64,000 nt of DNA from an uncultured Gammaproteobacteria bacterium (GTDB lineage: Bacteria > Patescibacteriota > Microgenomatia > Levybacterales > GWA1-39-11): NCBI GenBank assembly GCA_964409875.1, contig CAYPEN010000001.1, positions 134,637-198,636 on the forward strand. The letters are read 5' to 3'. The notes under the pieces are model-generated. The model searched no databases, had not been told where the DNA came from, and saw nothing but the letters and a program-made list of their open reading frames with translations. Every line of letters begins with the position of its first letter. The stretch's first letter is position 1. This document shows positions 48,694-58,429 of the stretch, piece after piece. Both the position numbers and the translations under genes were made by a program.

Positions 48694-49479
48694 ATGGGAG
48701 AACGGCAAAGACCGGTTGTGCAAGAAATTGTAACGGAAAGTGGACCGGGTATAACGTGCATGACAATTGAGAACGGGGAATGGTCTTTTGGTTCGCCAAA
48801 CTATTATCTTGTCAGAGGTCTTAACGGGGCGGTGGTTGTTGATAGTGGAACCGGGACGGATGAAGAGTATGCGCTTTTTGAGAAAACGTGGCTTTCAAAG
48901 GGTAAGCCACCTGTTGCTGCAGTTATCGTAACGCACGAGCATTTTGACCATGACGGGGGCAGTTTTGATTTTTCAGATCTTACCGGTGCACCAATTATTG
49001 GAGGATTGGGAAAAAGGGAATCGGAGCGGGCAATGGATTTGGGAGAGCGGGAAATAACTATTCTACCTACCCCAGGGCACACGGAAGACAGTCTTTGTGT
49101 ATACGATAGAAAAACGAACAGCATTTTTACGGGAGATACGGTAATTGAAGACAAGTCAGTTGTAGTAAATGATATGTCTTCCTATCTAACATCTCTTAAA
49201 AGGCTGCAAAGAATAGCGCCTCTTCTTATTCTGCCAGGACACGGCAGTGTTATAGAAAACGCAACAGATAAAATTGCAGAATACATTGCGCACACCAACC
49301 GGCGTGAGCGGATGATAAAGCGCTTCATTCATCATGGTTTAACCTCTATAGATGCTTTAACCAAAAGGATTTACCCCCATAAGCCTGAGGTTGGAAAACG
49401 GCAAATAGAATCACACATACAAAAACTCATTGAAGAAGGGTATCTTGCAGAAATACATGGGGAGTTGACATTGATATAA
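48694..49479 (+). CDS. Metallo-beta-lactamase-fold hydrolase (LACTB2-like)
   Basis: THEHFDHDGG, TPGHT, FTGD and LPGHG motifs. Confidence 0.9.
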   Translation: MGERQRPVVQEIVTESGPGITCMTIENGEWSFGSPNYYLVRGLNGAVVVDSGTGTDEEYALFEKTWLSKGKPPVAAVIVTHEHFDHDGGSFDFSDLTGAPIIGGLGKRESERAMDLGEREITILPTPGHTEDSLCVYDRKTNSIFTGDTVIEDKSVVVNDMSSYLTSLKRLQRIAPLLILPGHGSVIENATDKIAEYIAHTNRRERMIKRFIHHGLTSIDALTKRIYPHKPEVGKRQIESHIQKLIEEGYLAEIHGELTLI

Positions 49480-49518
49480 ATCAAGGAAAACTTCAGGAAA
49501 AGTAATTAGAATACATAT

Positions 49519-49860
49519 ATGTTTGGATTTGATATGCCTGATGTTCCGGAAATATCCGCTGAAGAAGCATGGAATGGTATTCAAAAAAAGGAGAAAATAA
49601 TTTTTCTTGACGTCAGAACGCCACATGAGTATTCGCGTGGCAATATAAAAGGAAGTGCAAATATTCCCCTCGACACAATTACTGAAGGGTTTGAAAAAAA
49701 GTATCCCAATAAAAACAAGACCTATTACGTATATTGCCTCAGTGGTTCACGAAGTGTTGTGGCAGTAGACGCAATGATAAAGATGGGGTATAAAAATGTC
49801 TTTAGTATGACAAGTGGATTACTTTCCTGGAGGTCAAAGGGTTATCCGCTTACTTCCTAG
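49519..49860 (+). CDS. Rhodanese-like domain protein
   Basis: LDVRTPHEY, YCLSGSRS and GLLSW motifs. Confidence 0.9.
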   Translation: MFGFDMPDVPEISAEEAWNGIQKKEKIIFLDVRTPHEYSRGNIKGSANIPLDTITEGFEKKYPNKNKTYYVYCLSGSRSVVAVDAMIKMGYKNVFSMTSGLLSWRSKGYPLTS

Positions 49861-49921
49861 ACTGTTGTCCTTCTTACGCATATCTTCTGAAAAACTTGCA
49901 TTATTGTTGTATCTTTGCTTC

Positions 49922-50038
49922 ATGGATGATGGGGAGTACCAAGAAGAAAATCTCATTTCAAAGGCAGTACCCGTAGGTGTTTTTGTTATCCTCACAGCAG
50001 TTCTTCTGGCAAGCATTTATTATCTCTTTTTCAGGTAG
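49922..50038 (+). CDS. Putative 38-aa single-TM small protein
   Basis: MDDGEYQEENLISKAVPVGVFVILTAVLLASIYYLFFR*. Confidence 0.5.
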   Translation: MDDGEYQEENLISKAVPVGVFVILTAVLLASIYYLFFR

Positions 50039-50099
50039 AAGGGTAGGTTGAGTTTGTGATTAATTCATAGTACGCTTAATACTACGGTCTAAAAATTCC

Positions 50100-50663
50100 A
50101 TGATTTTTTTATTCGACAATTTGCATTGGATGCTTTTCAACTTGGTTTTGGCTTTTGTCCCTCTCTTTTTTGTTGTGCTTTTAAGACGCAAGTTAAGACC
50201 CTTTTTACGGTGGACTTTGCTGTTCTTGTGGCTTCTCTTTCTTCCGAATACTATATATCTTTTGACAGATATCCAGTACCTTCCTTACGAGTTATTTAGG
50301 GCCGCGCCTCTAGAGCAGGCTATGTTGTTTGTGGAATTTGGTCTTCTCATTTCAATTGGAGTTTTTACTTATCTTTATTCCCTTGAGCCTATTGAGCGAA
50401 TTTTGCAAAAAAAGAAAATAAAAATGAGGCTATCTGTCTATATTTTTCTTAACTGTCTTATATCCTTTGGGGTCGTTATGGGAAAGGTGCAAAGAACCCA
50501 TTCGTTATACCTTCTGACATCCCCTGGACGCGTACTGATTGATGCGTATAACACGCTTACTACAAGAGAGCTTATGCTGTGGGTTTTTGTGTTTGCCGCA
50601 ATAATTACCTTCATTTTCCTTCTTTTCAAAAGATATTTTCCGGCGTTTTCAGGTAAAAAGTGA
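50100..50663 (+). CDS. DUF1361-like membrane protein
   Basis: WMLFNLVLAFVP and WLLFLPNTIYLLTD motifs. Confidence 0.8.
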   Translation: MIFLFDNLHWMLFNLVLAFVPLFFVVLLRRKLRPFLRWTLLFLWLLFLPNTIYLLTDIQYLPYELFRAAPLEQAMLFVEFGLLISIGVFTYLYSLEPIERILQKKKIKMRLSVYIFLNCLISFGVVMGKVQRTHSLYLLTSPGRVLIDAYNTLTTRELMLWVFVFAAIITFIFLLFKRYFPAFSGKK

Positions 50664-50719
50664 GGGTGTGATGCAATTACTTGCATTCTTACAAATCGGG
50701 AGTATACTAACCGTAAAGT

Positions 50720-51319
50720 ATGAATAAAAAGCTTTTGGTTGCAGTTCTTATCGTAATCCTTCTTATTGCAGGAATTATCGGTTACTTTGTGACTCAAAAT
50801 AAAAAAGCGGTTACAACATCCTCAACGCAAAATGCTGCCCCCACTCAAGCAGCACCTACCGCAGCAACTCCCGATTTTGTAAAAGCATTGCAGGGGGCAG
50901 GCTCAGTTAAATGCACATATACCTATTCGGACGTAACAACAACCAGTTACATAAAAGATGGAAAGATCCGGACAGAAATGGCAGCAAGGGGGACCACCAA
51001 CAATTCAATAATGATGAATAAAGTAGTATATTCATGGGTTACAGGTCAAAAAACGGGAATTATGATAGATACAGCTGTTATGACAGCATCCGTTACACCT
51101 GGAGCAAACGGTGCACAGAGCTATAAGGACGCCGAATCACTCAAAAACGACCTTACAAATTACAAGCCGCAATGCAGTAATGAGCCGATTGCCGATTCAA
51201 TGTTTGAAAAACCTACTGGTGTTACTTTTACCGATTACAGCAAGATGATGCAGGACATAAAAAGTAAAATCCCAGCAAACGTTACTATCCCTCAAGGATA
51301 TAAAGTTCCAACGGAATAA
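50720..51319 (+). CDS. Membrane-anchored exported protein
   Basis: N-terminal TM helix, SVKCTY...YIKDGKIRTE and C...F.KPTGVTF. Confidence 0.8.
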   Translation: MNKKLLVAVLIVILLIAGIIGYFVTQNKKAVTTSSTQNAAPTQAAPTAATPDFVKALQGAGSVKCTYTYSDVTTTSYIKDGKIRTEMAARGTTNNSIMMNKVVYSWVTGQKTGIMIDTAVMTASVTPGANGAQSYKDAESLKNDLTNYKPQCSNEPIADSMFEKPTGVTFTDYSKMMQDIKSKIPANVTIPQGYKVPTE

Positions 51320-51386
51320 TTCCCTTAACCGGTAAATGTTAATTTTCTCATTGACTTTGTCCTTTTTGCCACCGTACGATAAATAG

Positions 51387-54300
51387 GTGCAAGAAGAAAA
51401 TCTATCTTCTCAACCAAACGTGCAGCCTTCCCCGGTTGTTTTAAGAGGTGTAAGTGTAGTGCAACGGATATTCTCCCGCATACCAAGGCCGGTTATTATT
51501 CTTGCAGCCATTGCTATCGGTATTCCTGCCCTTTTGTACGTTTTGAAAGGACCCTCAGGAGGTACCCCGACAAGAACAAAAAGTGAATTTGAACTCGTTG
51601 AAAGTGCGCCTTCCGATCAGCAGAATGCAACTCCGGTAATAGCCCGGCCAACATTTGTTTTTTCAAAAAAGATAGGCGTAAGCGAGAGGGAGCTGGAGAA
51701 GTATTTCACGATGGTGCCAAAAGTAGAAGGGAGTTGGCACATTGAGAAGAACGGACAGGTTGTGTACTTTACATCGGGTAAGAAAAAAGCAGGTAAATTT
51801 CCTCAGACATTTGACTATCAAACAGCATATTCTGTAACAATTGACAAACGGTTTCATTCCGAAAATGGAAAAGAGCTGGCCGGGGAAGAAAATATCACTT
51901 TTAGAACGCAGCAAAACCCCGAATTTTCACTGAAGGCTAATAAAAGCATACTTCCTGTTCCTGTTGGAGATACGATTGATATCGAAATTCAGGATTATGG
52001 ACTTCTTGACAAAAAGTACGCTAAGTCCATTCAGCAACAGACGGCAGAGCCCTACAAAGTCACACTTCAGAAAGCAACGAAAGACGAGTTACTCTCTTAT
52101 TTTATATACAAAAAGAATTCATATCTTGCGGTAAATATAATACCTGATACGCTTGTGCGACGGGCAGCGATAACAACAACCGGTCAATATATGGCCAAAG
52201 GACAGAACGGTTATTCAAAAGTGATACGTGTATCAAATCCTGCCTTTAAGGCACCAGGAATCTATTTTGTGACCTTCTCCAATAAATACGGACGCGATAG
52301 TCTTTTTGTAGTAATTTCAAAGCACGTTGCACAGGTTATCCATGATAACAAGCAAACGTTTGTTATGACAACTGACAGTAATACCAACAAAGCGGTAGGT
52401 GGGATAAAAGTCGAGTACTACAAAACACAAAATAAAGTTGCCTTGCTTGGAGTTAAATCGACAAGTGCAGAAGGAATTGCCCAGCAAGACAATTTCTCAG
52501 ACGACACAGATTTTGTTGTGACAAGCCGAGGGAATGATATTGCAGTAACATCTACGCGTGGATACAGAATGGGGTTAGCATCGGATAAGGAAAGTGAAGT
52601 TTTTTCGTACACCGATAGACCGGTTTACCGCCCTGGGGATACTGTTCATTATAAAGCGGTCATTCGGGTGAGAGACGGAAATGGAGATTTCAAAATTGAG
52701 AGAAAGAAGTATTACGTGAAGTATCAGAGCAGTTATGATGCATCGAAGGGGGATTACAAAGAGGTTGCAGTTGATGAGAACGGAACGCTGTCATTTGATA
52801 CGGTGGTGCCATTTTCTGAGAACAAGCCATATCCCGGTATATATTTAGCTTCAAAAAATACAAAAGGCGAATATCTGTCATTGGATACTTTGCAGCTTGC
52901 TGTCGAGTACTACAAAAAACCCGACATGGATATAAGTGTTAGTGCAAATGAAAAGGAATATATAAGCGGGGACACATCGCATATGACAGTTACAGGTAAA
53001 ACAAATTATGGTAAACCTTTGTCCGGCGTAAAATTTAGCTATCGGGTAATGTTAGTTGACTACCAGGAAGAAAAAGACAGGAATGACGAGAGAATAGAAA
53101 AAGATATTTATAGTAATTATTATGGAGGCGGGAAAGAACTGGCGAATGGTTCCTCAGAATTTGATAAGAACGGAAAAGCTAGCATAGAGTTTTCCACCAA
53201 ATTGCCTGACAGCTTTATACAAAGCCAGGTGGCACTCCTTGAAGTAACGCCTACTATCGGTGCAATTCCTTCTTTTGGAAAAATAGTACGCCTGATACAT
53301 CGCGGAGAGTTTGCGCTCTTTTTTGACGGTATTGAGGCAAATACTTCTACCGGGCTGAGCGGCTATACTGTTGCACTTGACCACAATAATCCGAGGAAGG
53401 CTGTCGGAAACATGAAGGGTAAGTTGACACTGACAAAAAAGGAATACTATTCCGATAATGGGCAAGTCATAGAGACAAGAGATATAGAGCTTGATGGAAA
53501 AGGACGGGCCGGTTTTGCATTCCGCAACCTGAAAGAGGGGAGCTATGAGGTAAAGTCGGAATTCTTGGACGCAAGAGGCAATAGGGTGACGGGGACACTG
53601 ATGACTTACGTAGGAGCTCCGGTTCAATTGAGCGGCACTACAAACGTTATAGGCGTTTCTTTTGATAAACCAAAATACAACGCAGGGGAAACGGCGCGGG
53701 CTACTGTCGTATCAAATTTTTTACTGGATGATGTGTATGTTGTGATAGCAGAGAACAAAGGAGGTGCGACACGGATTGTTTCTGTAGAGAAAAGAAGTGA
53801 AGAGGAGAGAACCAGCTCATTTACCATTTCAATTCCTGTTAGAAAGGAAACCGTTGGTAGTGTAGGAGTTTTGTTATATACGGTGGCAAAAGGTGAGGTA
53901 ATGATAGGCCAAAATTCATTCATTGTTGAAAGGAAAAATGATAAGCTGACGACAAATATAAGTTTTGATAAAAAGCGGTATACGCCGGGCGAAAAAGTAA
54001 CGGTGAAAATTACTACAAAAGACGCGTCGGGGAAAGGAGTCTCCGCTGATAATTCTCTATCGCTAATAGATGCGGCTCTCTTGCAACTTGGAAAACTCAA
54101 GACCGGGATTGTCGAGCAATTTACCACAAAAGACACTTATATTGCCCTCAGCCACTATGACTCGTTAACCGGCATATATGCTGAAGAAGTCGGTGGAGGC
54201 GGAGGCTGCTTTTTGGAAGGGACCCAAATACTGATGGGGGACGGAACGGCAAAGAATATTGAGGACATAAGAATAGGCGATATGATATCTACCAAGTTGT

Positions 54301-56840
54301 CTGAAACATCAAAGGAAATGATACGAAATACGGTGGAGAAGACATTTGCCCACACGGTTACCGAATACCTCCTTATAAATAACAGATTAAAAGTTACCCC
54401 CATTCACAGGATTTATCTGAATGGGCACTGGGCGGAAGCATCAGAGGCAAAAGTGGGGGATATGCTTCTGGATGTCTCTGGCGCCCAGGTTGAAATTACT
54501 TCCATAACGAAAAATATTGGAATTTTCAGGGTCTATAACCTGACGACAAATCCCTCACACACTTTCTTTGCCGATGGAATGTATGTGCATAACGAAAAGG
54601 GTCTTGACCCCAGGCAAAATTTTGTCGATACGTTGTACTGGAATCCTCACATAAAAACAGACAGTAATGGAGAGGCAACCGTTAGTTTTAAGCTTGCAGA
54701 CAATGTGACTACATTTACAGCTCAAGCATTCTCTAATACAAAAGATTCACTTTTCGGGGAAGGGACCGCAAGCATCGTAAGCTACAAAGACCTGACAATT
54801 ATCCCGTCACTCTCTGCCTTTTACTATGAGCACGACAAACCCGTAATTTCGGTTATCGCACAAAATTCTACAGGAAGTGATATGGATTTGACCATTGTTA
54901 GCGGAATAAAAGAGCTAAGTGGTGAGAACAAACAGGACATTCATGTGAAGGGAAATGACCTTGAGGTGATTGATGTGCCATTTGATTTGAGGGATTTGAC
55001 AAAGAATGCCACCTTCATTGTTGAGGCAAGAGATAGAAGCGGGAAGGTTGTTGATAGTGTTCTTATGAAAATTCCAATTTTACCTCAAGGGAATATCTCG
55101 GCACGCTGGGAATCTTTCGAGAATTCATATGACCATGTGTTCCAACCCGAATTTCCTTCGCTTGATGCAAACCGCATGGAGGTGTCAATAGTTCCCAATG
55201 CCGCAGCAAAGCTTGCACAGCCATATTATGGTATAAGTACCTATCTTTCTACTCAAACAGGGCAACAACTTTTTGCATACTCGTATATTTTGGCAAGGAC
55301 GAGGGACGGATTTATTGATCCTGCTTCATATAATTACGCCCAAGATGTGAATGAGTTCCGGGATGCAATCGAGACGCTATCCGAAGGAAGAGTTGAAAAT
55401 ACGTGGACGCAGTCTGAGTATAATAATTTTTATGGTGGTGATTCTTTCGAATCCGCCAACCTGTGGGTTGCCATGGGATTTGAAAAGGCTATTGAGAACA
55501 AAATGCTTGACGAAGTTACAAACGCACGGGAAATGGTGGATAAAACCAAAGTGTATTTTAAGGATTACGGCGGCATCAAACCTCCGCCTCCACCGCCATT
55601 TTACCCAATGAGCCCGACACCCGCTTTTTACCCGACACCGGTAGTATCACTAACGCCGACACCGGTAGCATCACTGACTCCGACACCTTCAACTACTTCT
55701 TCAGGTATTGTTTTTGCGCCACCGCCTCCGCCGCCCGTAGTATCCTTTCCACCTGCGCCTACGGTTCAACCATATTATCAACCATATCCTATGCCCCCGG
55801 TGACCCGGTACTATACCGATAATGAAAAATTGGTACGGACATTGTTGTACGGGCAGTCGTTTCCTGACGAGTTAGGAAGTAAATTTAATGAAACGCCGGA
55901 AGGTTTGGCCTCACAAATACTTTTAGGGAAAGAGAATTTGATGCAAAAGCTTCTGAGTCTTCGTATCACATCGGCATCAGACCGTTATATATGGAGCGGA
56001 TACACTACTGCATCGGAGGAATTGCCGGTTCTGGCAATTGTTGAAAAAGGAACGCTTGAGGATGCCGAAAAAGCCATACGTGGAATATCATTTACAGAGG
56101 AGAGTGCCCAGCCGTTAACCCTGTACGCGGCGGTCAAATATGCAGAAAGGAAAAATATTACCATTTCAAAGCCAACTTTTAAGGTGTTAGTTAACGGTGA
56201 AAATGCTTTTGAATTCCCATCGAAGGAGAATGATAATAATGCCTATCAAAATTTTACACAAGCTCTCTCAACCAGAAGCAGCAAAGACGGGAAATTACAT
56301 CTTGAAGTAAAGTCGAGTGGAGGACTTCCCATTTACGGAACGGTAAGTGAATTTATCTATACTGGAGCCGGACACACTGTTGACAGCGACGATTCTTACA
56401 AAGCAGACATACAGCTTGTTAGGAGTTTTCGTGATATTGAGAGCGGCCAGACAGTCAGTTCTATCGGGAAAGGAAAGACCGGTGTGGTAGTGTTCTCATC
56501 TGAACCCCAACGTCTTCTGAAGACCGGTGATGCGTCTTATGCCCTCACGTATCTTATGGAAGACATGATAGCCCCCAACAATTTTTACCTGGATCAAAGC
56601 CAATCATATTACGACCCGCAATTTCAAAGTGTTTTGAAGAAGCTTTTTCCATCAAATGACAACTCCCAACCCGCTTATGAACTCCCCGGAGAATTTACTG
56701 ACCAGACCGTATTTTATAATAGAACCCGTTCAAGGGTAAATCTTCCCTACGTTGTTTTTAGCACGTCAGATGGGACTTATTACCGGCCTAAGACGAGCAT
56801 AGTGTTCCCCATTTTAGGTGTTGTTGCAAACGAAAAGTAG
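51387..56840 (+). CDS. Alpha-2-macroglobulin-like membrane-anchored protein with an internal Hint domain
   Basis: TM anchor, Ig-like domain, MG2 motif YTDRPVYRPGDTVHYK, DKPKYNAGE and DKKRYTPGEKV, LSLIDAALLQL, and the A2M motif RQNFVDTLYWNPHIKTDSNGEATVSFKLADNVTTF. Confidence 0.9.
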   Translation: MQEENLSSQPNVQPSPVVLRGVSVVQRIFSRIPRPVIILAAIAIGIPALLYVLKGPSGGTPTRTKSEFELVESAPSDQQNATPVIARPTFVFSKKIGVSERELEKYFTMVPKVEGSWHIEKNGQVVYFTSGKKKAGKFPQTFDYQTAYSVTIDKRFHSENGKELAGEENITFRTQQNPEFSLKANKSILPVPVGDTIDIEIQDYGLLDKKYAKSIQQQTAEPYKVTLQKATKDELLSYFIYKKNSYLAVNIIPDTLVRRAAITTTGQYMAKGQNGYSKVIRVSNPAFKAPGIYFVTFSNKYGRDSLFVVISKHVAQVIHDNKQTFVMTTDSNTNKAVGGIKVEYYKTQNKVALLGVKSTSAEGIAQQDNFSDDTDFVVTSRGNDIAVTSTRGYRMGLASDKESEVFSYTDRPVYRPGDTVHYKAVIRVRDGNGDFKIERKKYYVKYQSSYDASKGDYKEVAVDENGTLSFDTVVPFSENKPYPGIYLASKNTKGEYLSLDTLQLAVEYYKKPDMDISVSANEKEYISGDTSHMTVTGKTNYGKPLSGVKFSYRVMLVDYQEEKDRNDERIEKDIYSNYYGGGKELANGSSEFDKNGKASIEFSTKLPDSFIQSQVALLEVTPTIGAIPSFGKIVRLIHRGEFALFFDGIEANTSTGLSGYTVALDHNNPRKAVGNMKGKLTLTKKEYYSDNGQVIETRDIELDGKGRAGFAFRNLKEGSYEVKSEFLDARGNRVTGTLMTYVGAPVQLSGTTNVIGVSFDKPKYNAGETARATVVSNFLLDDVYVVIAENKGGATRIVSVEKRSEEERTSSFTISIPVRKETVGSVGVLLYTVAKGEVMIGQNSFIVERKNDKLTTNISFDKKRYTPGEKVTVKITTKDASGKGVSADNSLSLIDAALLQLGKLKTGIVEQFTTKDTYIALSHYDSLTGIYAEEVGGGGGCFLEGTQILMGDGTAKNIEDIRIGDMISTKLSETSKEMIRNTVEKTFAHTVTEYLLINNRLKVTPIHRIYLNGHWAEASEAKVGDMLLDVSGAQVEITSITKNIGIFRVYNLTTNPSHTFFADGMYVHNEKGLDPRQNFVDTLYWNPHIKTDSNGEATVSFKLADNVTTFTAQAFSNTKDSLFGEGTASIVSYKDLTIIPSLSAFYYEHDKPVISVIAQNSTGSDMDLTIVSGIKELSGENKQDIHVKGNDLEVIDVPFDLRDLTKNATFIVEARDRSGKVVDSVLMKIPILPQGNISARWESFENSYDHVFQPEFPSLDANRMEVSIVPNAAAKLAQPYYGISTYLSTQTGQQLFAYSYILARTRDGFIDPASYNYAQDVNEFRDAIETLSEGRVENTWTQSEYNNFYGGDSFESANLWVAMGFEKAIENKMLDEVTNAREMVDKTKVYFKDYGGIKPPPPPPFYPMSPTPAFYPTPVVSLTPTPVASLTPTPSTTSSGIVFAPPPPPPVVSFPPAPTVQPYYQPYPMPPVTRYYTDNEKLVRTLLYGQSFPDELGSKFNETPEGLASQILLGKENLMQKLLSLRITSASDRYIWSGYTTASEELPVLAIVEKGTLEDAEKAIRGISFTEESAQPLTLYAAVKYAERKNITISKPTFKVLVNGENAFEFPSKENDNNAYQNFTQALSTRSSKDGKLHLEVKSSGGLPIYGTVSEFIYTGAGHTVDSDDSYKADIQLVRSFRDIESGQTVSSIGKGKTGVVVFSSEPQRLLKTGDASYALTYLMEDMIAPNNFYLDQSQSYYDPQFQSVLKKLFPSNDNSQPAYELPGEFTDQTVFYNRTRSRVNLPYVVFSTSDGTYYRPKTSIVFPILGVVANEK
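54207..54593 (+). other. Hint / intein-like domain (129 aa, no homing endonuclease) inside the A2M gene
   Basis: Block A CFLEGTQILMGDG..KNIEDIRIGD, block B LKVTPIHRI, and blocks F/G VYNLTTNPSHTFFADGMYVHN. The +1 residue is Glu. Confidence 0.93.
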
Positions 56841-56879
56841 TTGTTTTCAAAGCACCAATTTACCTGTATAATACGTCAT

Positions 56880-57002
56880 ATGGCAAAAAGACCTACGGGA
56901 GTCGGAAAACGGGGACGTGTCCACTCACCGAAAACAAAAAAAAGACTTGCTGCAAAACGCGAAATGCTTGCAGCACTTAAAATAAAAAGAAGACACCAAT
57001 AA
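56880..57002 (+). CDS. Small highly basic 40-aa protein
   Basis: MAKRPTGVGKRGRVHSPKTKKRLAAKREMLAALKIKRRHQ*, with TATAAT 7 nt upstream of the ATG. Confidence 0.65.
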   Translation: MAKRPTGVGKRGRVHSPKTKKRLAAKREMLAALKIKRRHQ

Positions 57003-57060
57003 CTCCGTTTTCTTTTCAATTTCTTACAGATTACAAATATTCCGGCACTAGAATAGCTAT

Positions 57061-57396
57061 ATGGTAAGTGAGTTGGAGATATGTGACGTCATGTCGGAGC
57101 AATGGAACTGCTTGGGTTTTGCGCAGCCGGGCGGGATTGGTACATTTGCTCAAAATCTTCCGAGTGGGGAGCGCGAGATCTATCATTTTTATTGTGACAA
57201 GAACGATGAGATAACAACTATCTATAAACGGCCTGACGGGAACACATTTGATATGAATTCTTCCGAAATGTTTTTTGAAACATCATTATCTATATGCGAG
57301 AAAATTGCAGTGCTTACACAAGGCCAAGTATATTACTTGTCGTTTCTTCCTGATGGAGGGGATATCCGCAAACTTGCACGCATCAGTCATGTGTAG
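57061..57396 (+). CDS. Hypothetical protein
   Basis: 111-aa ORF with a -10-like TAGAAT just upstream. Confidence 0.6.
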   Translation: MVSELEICDVMSEQWNCLGFAQPGGIGTFAQNLPSGEREIYHFYCDKNDEITTIYKRPDGNTFDMNSSEMFFETSLSICEKIAVLTQGQVYYLSFLPDGGDIRKLARISHV

Positions 57397-57454
57397 ATGA
57401 AGGTTATTGCTTTAAATCACACAGTAACAGTATCAAAAGTAGTATTATTGTTGT

Positions 57455-58180
57455 ATGTCTGTTGCAACTCAGGAAGCATTTGCTACTACCGAGCCGCACG
57501 CGCAAAGCACCGTCGCAAAGCTCAATTGGTTGAGGGCATCGGTATTGGGTGCCAATGATGGAATTGTTTCAATTGCCGGTCTTGTTTTGGGGGTAGCGGG
57601 AGCAACAAGCTCTTCAACGGTGATTTTAACGGCAGGAGTAGCCGGCATTATTGCAGGTGCAATTTCTATGGCAGCAGGCGAATATGTTTCGGTAAGTTCC
57701 TCCAGAGACACTGAGCATGCGTTACTCAAAAAAGAGCGGGATGAGTTAAAAAACTTTCCGGACGCGGAATTATTGGAACTGATTTCATTGTACGAGAGAA
57801 AGGGCTTGAGCAAAAAAACCGCAACAACGGTTGCTAGAGAGCTTACAAAAAAAGATGCGTTTGCTGCTCATGCGGATATAGAGCTTGGCATTGACCCCGA
57901 CAACCTTACCAATCCCTGGCATGCGGCTTTTGCATCAGCTGCGGCTTTTTTGGCCGGAGCATTCATACCACTTGTTGCGATATTACTTCCCCCACAGGCA
58001 ATGAAAGTCCCATTTGCTTTTGGTGCAGTCGTTGTTGCGCTTGGAGCAACCGGTTTTGTCAGCGCAAAAATAGGCGGAGCCAATACACTGAAGGCTATGA
58101 CTAGGGTCGTTCTCGGCGGGGTTTTGGCAATGATAGTTACATATTCAATAGGAAGATTGTTCCATGTGAGTGGAGTGTAG
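57455..58180 (+). CDS. VIT1/CCC1 family Fe/Mn transporter
   Basis: LRASVLGANDGIVS, AISMAAGEYVSVSS and ELGID...NPWHAA motifs. Confidence 0.95.
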   Translation: MSVATQEAFATTEPHAQSTVAKLNWLRASVLGANDGIVSIAGLVLGVAGATSSSTVILTAGVAGIIAGAISMAAGEYVSVSSSRDTEHALLKKERDELKNFPDAELLELISLYERKGLSKKTATTVARELTKKDAFAAHADIELGIDPDNLTNPWHAAFASAAAFLAGAFIPLVAILLPPQAMKVPFAFGAVVVALGATGFVSAKIGGANTLKAMTRVVLGGVLAMIVTYSIGRLFHVSGV

Positions 58181-58259
58181 CTTTTTGAATTCTTACCCTG
58201 CCCATTCTCCCGTCTTACGGTTACAGTTTACATTGAAAGCAAGAGAGGAGGTGGAGAAA

Positions 58260-58385
58260 ATGCCTGATAAAAATTTTGCAGAGAACATGCTGGAATCAAT
58301 TGGAATAGGAGATAATGACCATGAAAAAAAGAAAGGAAGAAAAGGGGGAAGGTCGAGTGCATCCAAAACCAAAAAGAAAAAATAA
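58260..58385 (+). CDS. Small protein with a basic tail
   Basis: SD gaggaggtg, then MPDKNFAENMLESIGIGDNDHEKKKGRKGGRSSASKTKKKK*. Confidence 0.55.
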   Translation: MPDKNFAENMLESIGIGDNDHEKKKGRKGGRSSASKTKKKK

Positions 58386-58429
58386 ATTTAATGCCTTGCA
58401 ATAGTCATATTTCTTTGTTTTAATAAATA

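Noticed and set aside
48611-48799. Extended N-termini of ORFs 47435..48799 and 48658..49479
   Set aside because: They would overlap head-to-head. Downstream starts (GTG 48610 and ATG 48694) resolve the overlap.
54207-54593. Canonical mobile intein
   Set aside because: It has no homing endonuclease, the +1 residue is Glu rather than Cys/Ser/Thr, and the host is an exported protein. It is treated as an intein-like Hint domain instead.
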